DNA of 63,755 nucleotides, the filler included, from Chiloscyllium plagiosum (taxonomy: Eukaryota), in NCBI RefSeq assembly GCF_004010195.1. It is 5 parts of 2 records of this genome, joined end to end, with 100 filler letters (N's around TTAATTAATTAA, not from the genome) between each part and the next. Parts side by side here need not be neighbours in the genome. Positions count along the whole stretch, not along the records: positions 21,944 to 34,619 come from NC_057710.1; positions 34,720 to 52,768 come from NC_057710.1; 3 more parts are not named here. One strand, given 5' to 3'. Of this stretch, positions 24,565 to 37,761 are shown piece after piece. The notes under the pieces were generated by a model. It saw only the letters and a list, made by a program, of their open reading frames with translations. It was not told the origin of the DNA and did no database searches. The position numbers and the translations under genes are program-made. How positions within the stretch are numbered: position 1 is the stretch's first letter; the number at the start of each line of letters is the position of its first letter.

Positions 24565-27430
24565 GATGATGCTTCAGGAGGCCATTCAGCCTGTCATGTT
24601 TGCACAAGTACTTACAAATGAACATCATTATCTAGTTTGGATTTCCTGCTTTTATTTTCCAATACTTTTACACATAATTGTTATCCAAAGACTCATCCCA
24701 TCCTCTCTTGAATGACTCAATTGAATTTGCCTTCATCACAATTCCAGGCAGTGCATTCTATAACCTAGCTACTCACTTTCATCCTTGCTTCTTTTGCAGA
24801 TCTCTTCAAATCTGTATCCTTTTGATATTGTTCCTTTTATGAGTGGGAATGGTTTCTCTTTGTCTGCTGTATCCAGTCCACTCATGATTTTGAAAATCTT
24901 TATCAGATCTCCTTTTAGCCTTCTCTCCAACGAACACAGTCCCAACAACTTCAATCTATCCTCCTAACTGAAGTTCCTCATCCCTAGACTTATACACTTC
25001 TGCTATACCTTCACTGCGTTCAATATGGTGCATAGAACTCTGCACAGTATTCCAGCTGAGTGTCTTATAAACTCTGGGTATATTTAATGTGAGAGTAAAT
25101 GTCACAGCCAGATGTTGCTATTTTTGAGGTCCAAATAAGGAGCGAATCTCTTGAATTCATCAGAAACCTTCATCCCTCAGGGATAATGAGAAATAAAAAA
25201 AAATGTTGATGGGTATGGATAGGGTAAATAGACAAGGTCATTTCCCTGGGTTGGGGGAATCCAGAACTAGAGGGAATAAGTTTTAGGGAGAGAGGGGAAA
25301 GATTTAAAAGGGACCTAAGGGGGGATCGTTTTCACGCAGAGGGTGATGCTTGTATGGAATGAGCTGCCAGAGGACATGGTGGAGGCTGGTAAAAGGCATG
25401 TAGAAAGCATCTGGATACATGAATAGGAAGGGTTTAGAGGGATATGGGCCAAGTGCTGGCAAATGGAGCTAGATTAATTTAGGATATCTGGTCGACATAG
25501 ACAAGTTAGACCAAAGGTCTGTTTCCATGTTGCACATCTCTGTGACTGTATGTGGTAGATGCTGTTTAATGTGGATAAATATAGTTAATATGAAGAAATA
25601 ATATGGAGAGGCAGTAAAATCCAAATCAAAACTAATTTTATCAAATGCAAGGCCAAGAATAGACCCATATTCAGCGCATTTTCACAAATCTCTAGAAGTG
25701 GCAAGGCAATTTCAGATTAGGAATATAAGAGCACAGGAATAGGAAGTAGACCATTCAGCCCATCAGACCTGCTCTACCATTTAATTTGATCATGGTTGGT
25801 CAATGCCTTTTACCCCCACTTTCCCCATAACCACGACCTATAACCACTGTCCATAATCATTTATGCCATTGTTAATCAAATATCTAACAATCTCTAATTT
25901 AAACATACTCAAAGTCTGAACTGTTACATCTCTCTGAAATAGAGAATTCCAATGATTCGCACCTTCCAAGTTAAAAAAAATGATGATCTTGATCCTAAAT
26001 AGCGTTTCCTTTATTTTTAAATTGTGCTGTCTGATTCCAGATTTGTGAATCAGAGGAAAAATCATACCTGCCCTCTCTATCCCTTAAAGTATTTTGTAAA
26101 TTTCAAAGAAATCACCTCCTATTGCTCGAGGCATGAGAAAATTTAGGGTCTGTTTGCCTGATCTTTCTCCGTAGGACAATCCCACCATCCCAGGAACAAT
26201 CTGGTGAATCTTTGTTTCCCTCCCTATATAGCAATAATAGCGTTCCTGATTTAAGGGGAACCAAAACTGAAAATACAACTCCAACTGCAGTCTAATCAAG
26301 CTTTCATGCAATGTAAGCAAAATCTTGCTATTCTTGTGAGGCTGACATTCCGTTATCCTTTTTAAAACTGTGCTACACTTGCATATTAGCCTTCATTGAC
26401 TTATTGACAAGGACATTTTTGTCCTTTGAACATCTACATTTTCCTACCAGTTACCATTTTCAGTAATATTCTGCACTTTTCCTCTGCCAAAGTGGATAAT
26501 ATAACCTCATATTCTATCACATTATCTTCTAACTGCAACATTCTTGTTGACTCACTAAGTCTATTCAAGTCCCCAGTAGCCAGGTTCAGTTGAAACCTTA
26601 TATCCCTCCAAACATTTATTATTCATATACTTATCCAAATGTCTTGTGAACATTATAACTATACCTGCATCCACCATTTCTCTGGAAGTTGATTTCACAT
26701 GCAAACCACTCGGAGTGTACAAAAGTTGCTCCTTGTAAGATCTTTCTCCTTTCACCCAAAATTATGTCCGCTAGCCTTGAAATTCCCCCACCCTAGGGAA
26801 AAGACACCTGCCATTCACCTTATCTGTCTAGTCACCTTAACTATCATTATTTTATGAACCTCTATAAAGTCACCCCTCAAGGTCCTACGCTCCAGTGAAA
26901 AAAAAGTCCCAGCATTTCCTTATACCTCGAGCCCTCCATTCCTGACACCATTTTGGTAAATCTTTCCTGGACCCTCTCTAGCTTGTTACTGTCCTTCCTA
27001 TAACAGGGTGACCAGAACTGGACACAGTACACCAGAAGAGGCCTCACCAATGTCCTGTACAACCTCAGAATGTTGTCCCACCTTCTATACTCAAAAGTCT
27101 GAGCAATTAAGGCAAACGTACTAAATGCCTCCTTAATCACTCTGTCTACCTGAGACGCAAACTTCAAAGAACTACATACCTGAACTCCTGGACCTCTCTG
27201 TCCTGTGTGACTACTTTAGTTTAGGATTATGGTTGGCATGGACTCATTGGACAGAAGGCCCTGTTTCCGTGCTGCATGGCTGTATGACTATGATTCCATA
27301 CGGCATTAGATGATTATTTGAAAAGAATCAATGTGTGAGGGGAAAAGGCAGGAGAATGACATGAGGTCTTGATGCTGATTTTGAGAGAATGCAGACATGA
27401 TGAACCAAATGGCTTCTTTCAGCACAGTAA
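24565..27430. mobile_element. Cluster of CR1 3' fragments in both orientations
   Basis: Repeated GDLI..K, YCVQFWSP and 3' UTR motifs. Confidence 0.85.
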
Positions 27431-27459
27431 CTCTGTGAGAGTTTAATTCAGTGACTTTA

Positions 27460-30400
27460 AAAACAAGCATCTAGCTATTCTAATCTCATTTTTGCCATAT
27501 CTCCTATGCCTTGGCATTGTATGTGCACATCTAAATACTTCTTAAATGTCATGAGGGTTTTAGTCTTCAGCATCTTTCAGTTAGTGGGTTCCAGATTCTC
27601 GCCACCTTCTGGGTGATTAGTACGTTTTCCTCCGATCTCCTATAAACCACCTGGCCGTTATTTTAAATCTATGCCTCCGGTCACTGATGCCTTTGGCAAA
27701 CTGAAATGTCTCTTTCTGTCTACCCGCCATACTTTTAATCAAGCCACCAGGTTTCGTACCATCCGCAACTTATTGATCAACCCTCCTGCATTCGAGTCTA
27801 AATATTAAAGCATACCACAAACATAAAGAGCCCCAACACTGGTCACTGTGAGACCCCACTGGACATATACTTCAGTGACAAACATCCCCCAACCATCACC
27901 ACCTGCTTCCTGCTACTCAGCTAATTCTAGATTCAATTTGCCAGATTTCCTTGGATTCAATGGGCTCTTAATTTCATAATCTGTTTCCCACGCAAGACCT
28001 TATTTAAAGCTTTGCTGAAGTCAAAGTAGACTATATCAAAAGCATTGAGGACACATGGTCCAGGCCTCAAAAATAACAATCATGTTGGTAGACATGCTGA
28101 TTCTTCTTGAGCAATCCCTGCGTCTCCAAGTGCAAGTTAATTCTGTCTCTCAAAATTACTTTCAGTCATTTGCTTGCCACTGACGTTAGATTTAATGGCT
28201 TGTAATTTGCTGGTTTGCCCCTTGCTCCATACTTGAGCAATGGTAGTGCTTTGGCTGTCCTCCACTTCTTCCATGTCTTTTGTGACCATAGAGAAAGTGA
28301 CATTTATTGCAGGCGTCCCTGCTATTTACTCCCTTGCCTCATTCAACAGCCTGGGATATATTTCAATTGCATCACAGTCCTACTGCCTGATTTCTATACC
28401 TATATCATCCCTCTCACTAGTGAACACTGACACAATGTGTTCATTTAGAGCTATACCAATGTTGTCTAGCTCCACACATATTACCACCATTACCCTTTTA
28501 CCCTTAATGTTCTTGGAGAGTAACTTAAGATTTTCTTTGTTGTACCTGCCATTATTCTTTCAGTTTTACAGATTAGATTACTTAGTGTGGAAACAGGCCC
28601 TTCGGCCCAACAAGTCCACTGCTTTCCCCACTTTCTTTTAAAGTTTTCTCTTGTACATGCTATTTTCCTGTAGGCATCTGCTGTTTTGAGCACTTTATAT
28701 CTGTCATAAATCCGACTTTGTTTCTTTGTCCCATCTTGTGTGTCCCTCAATATCCACGTTTCACTGGATTGTTGGTCCCACTCTTTATTTCTATTGAAAT
28801 ATGTTGGCCCAGTACTCTCCCCATTTCCTCCTTGAATTTGACACAGATTTACCTAAATGTATCTGTTCCATTCTGGGCCAAATCATATCTGATCTTATTA
28901 AAATCGGCCTGGCCAATCTTTGCCTTTTTCTATAATAATCTTGAATCTAATGGAGTTGTGATCACTATCAGTAAAATTCTCCCCCAGTGATACGTCAACC
29001 ACTTGTCCAACTTCATTACCTAAAACTAAGTTAAGATCCTCAACTACTACCCCCAATATAGGACATTTAACATACTGGCTGAAAAAGCTCCCCTGGATAT
29101 ATTTTAAGAATTCTGCTCCTTCTAAACCTTTCGCATGAGAATTATCCCAGTTAATGCTGGGGAAGTTGAAATCCCATCCTTTCACTTCCCTGCAACTTTT
29201 ACACTTCTGACGTTTGCCGACATATTTGCTCTTCTCTTTCTCTCTAACTGTCTTGTGGCACTGTAGTGCACTCTGTTTTTTTTTTGGTTTTTAAATTCTA
29301 CCTTTTTGAGGAGCCTACTAAGATGTCGTCCCTCCTTGGTGCTGTCATTGATTCCGTGATGAATATTGCAACACCTCCTCCACTTTTACCACCACCCCTG
29401 TCTTGGCTGAAGACCCAATATCCTGGAATGTTGAGCAGATAATCCTGTACTCACTCTTTCCTCTCCCCCTCAGCCATGTCTCAGTGACAGCAATGATATC
29501 ATACTTCCATGTGTATATTTGTGCCCTCAACTCATCTGTCTTGTTCATCAGACTCCTCACATTAAAATAAATACCATCCAACTTTGCCAAACTCCCTTGT
29601 GCCTTAACTGGCTACACTTTCTGTGACTTTTTGACTCACTTGCTGTCCCTTCTAAATTTGGCTGTGCAACTCCCATGATGAGCCTTCTGTCTGGATCCCA
29701 TCCTCTGCCAGGTTAGTTTAAAAATTTCCAACTGTGCTAGCAAACTTCCCTGTGTGGATGCTGGTCCCTTTCAAGTTCAAATGTAACATGTCTGTCTTGT
29801 ACAGGTCCCACCACCTCCATAAAACTGTCCCAGAAATCTGATGCATTCCTTCCTGTACCATCTCTCCATGCACGCATTCATCTGGATTAACGTCCTATTT
29901 TTTATACTCACTATCATATGGCATTGACAATAACCCAGAGATTATCGCCTTTTGAGATTTTGGTTGAATACTTCTTAGCTCCCTAAATTCTGCTTGCAGG
30001 ACCTTATCCTTTTTCTACCTATGTTGTCAATACCAATATGTACAACAATCTCTATGTCTGCCCTCCCCTTTTAGCTGGTCAGTGACATTCTGGCCCTGGC
30101 ACCAGGGAGGTAACATAACATCCTGAAGTCTCTTTGTGGCTGTCTGCAGATGTGTTTGTCTGTTCCCCTTACAGTTGAATACCATACCACAATAGCCCTG
30201 CGGTTCTTCTTCCTCCCCTTTTGTACAGCAGACCTATGTGTGGTCCCATGAAGTTGGCTCCCACTGCTTTCTTCTGTACAGCTATCTCCTCCATTGTTAG
30301 AAAGGGCTACTGCTACAGGAGACTCCTGCACTACTTGCTGTCTTCTGCTGTTCCTGGTAGTCATCCTTTCTACCTGTTCAGCCATCTGCTCCTGTGTAAC

Positions 30401-30560
30401 CACCTCACAAAGTGCTATCAATGACTTGTTCAGCATCACAGATGATCCACAGTGAATTCAGCCACAGCTCCAGCTCTAAAAGGTAGCTGCAGGTGGATAT
30501 ACGTCCTGTACATGCAGGCATCATGCACAGCTGAAGCCTCGATGCTTTTCCATACGAGGA
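27460..30560 (-). mobile_element. Long decayed CR1 with ORF1 esterase-like region, APE endonuclease and RT remnants; HE1 tail inserted at about 28571-28619
   Basis: RRAIVV...VRGTD...CYLPGAR (ORF1), YFNVRSL..DIIAVTETWL, DFNFPSINWD, SDHN. Confidence 0.85.
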
Positions 30561-31279
30561 GCTCATCAGAGGTGCAAGCTCTGTTGCCTCAAGCCCCTTA
30601 GTTTACTCCCTTTGTTTTTAAAAAAAGTGTTGATATAAGCTGATTATAATGGTCCTGAAGATTTAATTTGAAAGTAAGTCTGAAAAGCTAGAAAAGTATT
30701 CACCTATCAATTGCTTACCTCTGATATCACAGTGGTATGTTTACTCAATGTTACAAGACTGCTCTGGCTTATCTCCCAGCTCCTTTTCCTGTAGTGGTTC
30801 AAGAGCTAATTCCTACAGTGCAAAATGGGTGGAAGGCAAAAACAAATGCAAACAATTGATCACTTTCCCCAGCTGACCAAACTCTAGAAACTTATGCTCA
30901 ATTTTCAGCTGCGCTCATTTGCAGAGCTGCACTAAGGTTCCCTAATTTATATGTAACTGGACTGTTTCTACAGAGCTGGTTTCATTAGAGTTGAATTAGA
31001 CATTATATCTTGTGGAGGAAAACGCTGGGGCAGAATTGATGGACTAGTGGTATTTTTCTGTGTTGTCACACTGTATGCTTCTAAGTTTGTGCTCACCTTG
31101 TGATACAGCCAATGGGCATATATGTTTACTGCTGTCATATTGAAAAATCAGATATTCCATAATTAAAACATGTCAAATTATGAGAGCGAGTTTAACCATT
31201 TGTTCACTGCATGCAAAAAAGTGGTGAATGCAAAATTCACCGCTTTCTCATCTATATTGTCAAAGTAAAACACATTCAG

Positions 31280-31850
31280 GAGCCATAATGTCATGCTGCA
31301 ACTATACAAAATGCTAGTGCAGCCGCAATTGGAATATTGTGTACAGTTCTGGTCAACCTATTACAGGAAGGATATGGAAGCATTAGAAAAGGTGCAGATG
31401 AGATTTACCAGGATGTTGCCTGGTTTGGAGGGAAGGTCTTATGAGAAAAGGCTGAGAGACTTTGGTCTGTTCTCATTGGTAAGAAGGCAGAAAGGGGATT
31501 TGATAGAGACATACAAGATGATCAGAGGATTAGATAGGGTAGACATTGAAAGTATTTTTCCTAGGATGATGACGTCAGCTTGTATAAGGGGGCATAGCTA
31601 CAATTTGAGGGATGATAGATTGAAGACAGTTTTCAGAGGCAGGTTCTTTACTCAGAGAGTGGTAAGGGCGTGGGATGCCCTGCCTGCCAATGCCGTTAAC
31701 TCAGCCACATTAGGGAAATGTAAACAATTCTTGGATAAGTACATGGATGGTGATGGGATAGTGTAGGGGGATGGGTTTAATTTAATTCACAGGTTGGTGC
31801 AACATTGAGGGCCAAAGGGCCTGTTCTGAGCTGTATTGTTCTATGTTCAA
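31280..31850 (+). mobile_element. CR1 3' end
   Basis: ORF 31293-31766: LEYCVQFWS...GDLIETYKMIRG...FFTQRVV. Confidence 0.92.
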
Positions 31851-32864
31851 TGACATGGCATCCAATAATACTTAAGACTGAACTTTTTCCCAGATCTAAT
31901 AAACATAAAAATAGTATGATGATAATCCTGATTCTCTTCTGCGGCAAGATTTTATTAAAATGATGCAATAAAAATGCATTAGCTTAAAAAATGGTGTTCT
32001 TTACACACAGCTTCTTAAAACTGATGCAGTGCCACAACCTGTCATTGAAAACTCATTTCAACTTTCCAGTTAAATTTTTTACACAATATGGCATAGTTGA
32101 AGGGAACCTTCACCGAGAACTTGGGACATCAGTTTATTCTTGACAATGTAGGCTGTATTGGCTCCTTTGTACCCTGTTCCTTGCAGTCATGAAGTAGTGC
32201 TGGCAACTTTGTTTCCACAATGACATTGCATAAGTGATTTCTGAGTGACCAACAAAATATTCACAAGGACAGTATGTTACTTGGGAAGGGATCTTGGCAA
32301 TTATGGTATTATTGTTCGTTGGTGCGACATTGCCATTCAGTAGTAATGGTGGTCAGAGCTGTGGTGAGTATTTTACTATCGTGCAAAGAGTGCTATTGAA
32401 TTGAGTTAAGTTGAAGTAAGATTGAGTTTTAATATTACCCTCTGGGTAACTTGATTTCATCACCTAATCTAAAAGCAGATTGTCCTCCAGTTGATTTTCT
32501 TTTATCCCATTGAAAGCAGTTTGCTGGCAATTACTAAAGGTGAAAATGACCCCCTGTATATATTCTATTATTATTTCTGCTATAAATCAACTCATTATAC
32601 TTGCTTTACTGAATTGTGAATTAGGCTGATAAACAATGTGATAAGAGCATGTAATCATCTTTAGTTCTTTGCTCAAAAGTGGTCTGACCCACAGCTTGGG
32701 TCAAGGAAGCAGCTCCGGAATCTGACCGAACTTGTTCTGGGAGTGAACCTTGTGCTGTTGGCACCGATCATATCCACACTGGCAGTTCTGCCAGCTGAGC
32801 TAATTGTTGCCTCAAGAAGGGTAGAGCTACTGTGGCAACATGCCCTTCTACATAAATAAAAGCA

Positions 32865-33030
32865 TAGTACTGAGAAATCTCAGCAGGTCTGGCACCATTT
32901 GTGTTAGTTCTGAAGAAGTCATACTGGAGTCAAAATGTTAACTCTGGTTCTTTCTCCACAGATGCTGCCAGGCCTGCTGAGTATTTTCCGGCATTTCCTG
33001 TTTTTATTTCTGATCTCCAGTATCTGTAGC
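32865..33030. mobile_element. Miniature inverted PLE-type terminus with degenerate + strand hammerhead
   Basis: ctcagcaggtctggca vs tgccaggcctgctgag; tctgaagaagtc..gtcaaaatgttaac. Confidence 0.55.
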
Positions 33031-33104
33031 ATTTTTTACAGCATTTTTATATATATGTTGTATTCTGGAGCTATGGATATGAAAGCACAGATTAGAAGCA
33101 GGAG

Positions 33105-33230
33105 TAAAAACAATGACTGCAGATGCTGGAAACCAGATTCTGGATCAGTGGGGTTGGAAGAGCACAGCAATTCAGGCAGCATCCGAGGAGCTTAGAAATC
33201 GACGTTTCGGGCAAAAGCCCTTCATTAGAA
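33105..33230 (-). mobile_element. PLE terminus with hammerhead carrying G5A
   Basis: Minus strand cuAauga-agggc-uuuu-gccc-GAAA-CGUC. Confidence 0.75.
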
Positions 33231-34214
33231 TAGTTAAGTGGCTAATGTTGACCAGTATAGACTCAATGGGCTGAAAGGCCATCTTCTGCGTAGATGTCTC
33301 TGACTAACTTGTTGGTAAGACACTAGTTAGATCTCAGCCAGAATGTTGTGTCCAGTTCTTTAGTAACAATTGGATGGCAGTGGAGCACGTGCAGAAGAGG
33401 TTTTCTGCTCAAAAGTTAAAATAGTGCAGATATTAGAAATCTGAAACAAACTCATGGAGCAACACAGTAAACCTGGCAATGTCTGCAGAGATAAGCTGAG
33501 CGGACTCATTGCTGCTGCAGCAGAGGCAAGTTTGGGTTCCTGGCAGCGCCTGTTTCCAGTGCAGATTCATGGAAGTGCCTTTGAGTCCAGTATGGGTGTG
33601 TGCAGCATTGAAAGCGGCCGCATCATTTGAGATACGCCCAAAGTGGGCTCACGGCAGCGTAGAGTTTGGGCCGGTACGTTACGCAGTAGCACCTGCATTG
33701 GCAAAGTCCAGTGAGGATTTGTAATGGTGAATGCATCGTTGGAGGTGAGATGGTGCCTGAGTAGCAACTAGTGATCTAGTGGCAGCACAGCGAGGGGGAC
33801 TTGTGCCTGGCCACCAGGCCCTTGGCAGAGCACTTGAGGACTGTAAAGCTGTATATTTTATTTCTTTTTTCTGCTTTTATGTTGTATGTTTTGGCTTATT
33901 TTTGTCTTAACACGGTGCCAGAAGTGGTGACACTATACAACACTTTTCACTGTATTGTGACAAAAAACACTTGACAATAAATACATTAAATCAGTTAACA
34001 TTTCAACTCCAAACTTTGAATTTCAACTCCAGTATGACTTATTAGCATGCAGGAGGCCATTTGACCATCATAACTGCACTGGTTCTGTTAGCTAATGCCA
34101 ATGTGTTTTTTTTGTCCCAAATCCTACCACTATTCAAAAAAAATAGAAAGCCATCTTAAACACCTCAGTTGAAGCTTCCACCATATTTTGGGATGTGATT
34201 TTGGACAATGGTTT

Positions 34215-35085
34215 CAGGGATCAGGCCAAGTAATAACTCAGTACGTAGATTGTCCGATCAGAGGGGAGGCCATATTGGATTTGGTACCCAGTAATGAACC
34301 GGGACAAGTGATGGGCTTGTTAGTGGGTGAACATTTTGGTGGTGGTGATCACAATTCTGTGACTTTACCTTGGTTATGGAGAGAAATAGGTGCGTGCAAT
34401 GGGTAGGTTTTACAATTGGGGGAAGGGTAATTACGATGCTGTAAGACAGGATCTGAGGAGCATAAGTTGGGAGCATAGGCTGTCAGGGAAGGATGTCGTG
34501 GAAATGTGGAACTTTTTCAAGGAACAGATACGACGTGTCCTTGATATGTATGTACCTATCAGGCAGGAAAGAAATGGTCGTGTGAGGGAACCTTGGTTGA
34601 CAAGGGAGGTTGAATGTCTNNNNNNNNNNNNNNNNNNNNNNNNNNNNNNNNNNNNNNNNNNNNTTAATTAATTAANNNNNNNNNNNNNNNNNNNNNNNNN
34701 NNNNNNNNNNNNNNNNNNNACCTTATAGAGGTTTACAAAATTATGAGGGGCATGGATAGGGTAAATAGACAAAGTCTTTTCCCTGGGATCGGGGAGTCCA
34801 GAACTAGAGGGCATTGGTTTAGGATGAGAGGGGAAAGATATAAAAAAGACCTAAGGGGCAACTTTTTCATGCAGAGGGTGGTACATGTATGGAATAAGCT
34901 GCCAGAGGATGTGATGGGGGCTGGTACAATTGCAACATTTAAGAGGCATTTGGATGGTTATATGAATAGGAAGGGTTTGGAGGGATATGGGCCGGGTGGG
35001 ACTAGATTGGGTTGGGATATCTGGTTGGCGTGGACAGGTTGGACCGAAGGGTCTGTTTCCATGATGTACATCTCTATGACTCTAA
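34215..35085 (+). mobile_element. Two CR1 pieces (endonuclease C-terminus; 3' end) separated by the gap spacer 34620-34719
   Basis: RGEAILDLV, GEHFGGGDHN; RTRGH..RGNFF.QRVV. Confidence 0.9.
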
Positions 35086-35724
35086 GTGGGCTGCTTTTTC
35101 CTGGATGGTGTCAAGCTTCTTGAGTGTTTTTGGAGCTGCACGCATCCAGGCAATTGGGAAGTATTTCGTCACATTCCTGACTTGTACTTTCGAGACGGTG
35201 GACAGGATCTGGGGAGTCAGGAGTTGAGTTACTTGCTGCAGTATTCCTAGCGAACATCTCGTTGTTGATGAAGCAGCTGAAGATGGTTGGACCTAGGACT
35301 CTGCAGAGATGTTCTGGAGCCGAGATGACTGACCTCCTATGGCTCCAATCAGCAGAGTGTTTTCCACCATTTCCATTGATCCTAATTTTGTTGGGCTCCT
35401 TGGTGCCATACTCAGTCAAATACAGACTTCATGTCAAGGGCTATCACTTTCATCCCACTCATCTGGAATTCAGCTACTTTAATCATTTTTGAACCAAGGC
35501 TGCAATGAGATCAGGAGTTGAGTGGCCCTGGCAAAATACAAACTGGGGTTAATGAGCAGGTTATTGTTGAGCAGCTTGGCACCCAATATTTGTGTGTGAC
35601 AGTCCTCGCCAGTGACAGCCATCCATGTTAACTCCCATTTATAGGAGCATGAAGCTTTGGATAGATGGTTGTTCACACCCTGGCCAAGTGGCTCTAGAGC
35701 CAGGTTTTCTATGGCCTTGATCTT

Positions 35725-35845
35725 TGCAGTCACCTCTGTCCAGGCTGCCTTCATTGTTCAAGATGGCCTCTTATTGCCATCCATAGGAAAAAGACCTTGC
35801 CCTTCTTCTTGGACAGCTTTCAGGAGAACCTCTAGGGAGAAATTG
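35725..35845 (-). pseudogene. Harbinger ORF2 Myb/SANT-like remnant
   Basis: Minus strand SLEVLLKAVQEEGQGLFPMDGNKRPS*TMKAAWTEVTAKI resembles the MSANTD/trihelix helix pattern. Confidence 0.55.
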
Positions 35846-36959
35846 CTAAAGTGTGATACCACTTTATACCTGTTTCTGACATCTTCAGGGATGAGTGGGT
35901 TCATGATCAGGGGTTAAGTGACTGGGTGCCTTCAATTTATGGTACCCACAGCATCTGCCATCCACTACAATTTATCATTTTACCTGTTCTCAAATATTCA
36001 ATGAGCTGTGAAGAACATAATTGTGCAGAATAACCCAGATCTCCCGGTTTAGTGACTGCTTTCCCCATAGTCTAACAAAAACAAAATTCCTCTCAGTCTT
36101 GAAAATAACAGAATGCTGGAGAACCTCAGCAGATCTAGTTTCATCTGTGGAGAAAGAAATAAAGTTAACCTTTTGAGTCCGGTGCGACTTCATCAGTCTG
36201 AAGCTCAGTGTAAGTCGGATAAAATGTTATGAGTAAACTTAGAAGGTTTTTCTTCCAAAGATATAGTTTATTCATAAAAGAACATAAGGTTCAAACTTGA
36301 TATCATGTAAGTTCAATACAGGCGCTGTCACGCCTCAGTAAAATTACAGTTATAAACTATTCTCTGTCATTCCAACAGTATTCATTCCATGCAAAGAATA
36401 TGACCAAAGGGATTTTGCACAGTTCTCAGCCCAGCTGTACACTATAACAGGAAGGCCTTAACAACTTTCTCCCATTGATCTTCCATGGCAGCTGCCACCA
36501 AGCTTTCGTGCATCCCTCAGCACATATCCCTGGACCCTAGAATGTACCAGTCTGCAGTACTCAGTTGTCAGTAGTTCTCTGCACTGGAAAGCCAATGGAT
36601 TTTTCTGGCAGAATGAAAAGCATCTTTGACCAAGTTAATCATCCTCTAGCACCAACTGATGTTTATTTTGGTGAGTGTCTCCAGGGGTACCTCATAAAGT
36701 ACAGTATAGTGTGTTACAAAGTTGTTTGGGATAACCTTGACAAGAAAACTCTGCACCTCTTTACAGACCAGTTTTGCAAAGGCACCTTCCAGAAGGAGGT
36801 GAGCAATGATCTCTTTCTCACTGAACCATCTCATGGACAGCATGGGGAGGGGGTGAGACTCTGGGCATGCAGGACAGATCTGACAGGAAGTCAGGCTATG
36901 TCATGGTGGTGGTTTGACTGTTATAAAAATGAAGCAATATGCCATATGACTTTATCAGT

Positions 36960-37670
36960 TTGCTCAGGAATCCATCTAACAGGATCCACCATTTTGTTTC
37001 CCCCGAAACCTGAAGACATTACTCAGCTTCATCAATGACCTTCTCTCCATTATAAGGTTAGAAGTGCTGATGTTCATGGATGATTGCACATCTAGGACCA
37101 TGAACAACACCTCCGATACTGAAGCAGTCCACGTCCATATGTAGGAAATTCTGGACAATGTCAGGTTCAAGATGATAATGGCGAGTAATGGTTAAGCCAA
37201 CAAGTGACAAGAGTGACCATCTCCATCTAGAGAGAATTTAGCCACCAATCCTTGATGTTCAATGGCATTATCATCACTGAAAGCACTACTATCAAAGTCT
37301 TGAGTACTACCATTGATCAGAAATTGTACTGGACAAGCCATTTATCAATGCTGCAAAAGTAGTTCAGAGGCTGGGAGTTCAGCAGCAGTAACCCAGAGGC
37401 TGTTCACCATCTAAAGACACACATGGGACCAGCAGCACCTGCAAGTTACTCTCCAAGTGACACACCATCCTAACTTGGAGCTTTATCACCAGTCTTTCAC
37501 TGTTGGGTCAAATTTATGGAGCTCCTTTCCTTCCATTACTCTGCATTCCTGACACATCAAGTATGGCAGCAGTTCATGATCGTTCATCATCACTGTTTTC
37601 TCCAGGGCATTTAATAATGGGCAATAAGTGCTGACCTATCCAATGATGCCCACCTTCCAAGAGTGAATTT
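36960..37670 (+). mobile_element. Ancient LINE remnant
   Basis: FINDLLSIIRLEVLMFMDDCT RT motif. Confidence 0.7.
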
Positions 37671-37761
37671 AAAACAAGACTGGCTGATGCATTTGTGGTT
37701 GAAGGTAATGTTCTGCACAAATCTTTTCACAAGTGACAGACTCAAAAATGGCCCAGATATT

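Noticed and set aside
36565..37038. 157-aa ORF
   Set aside because: TTG start, no recognisable domain or splice signals, and it runs into a LINE remnant.
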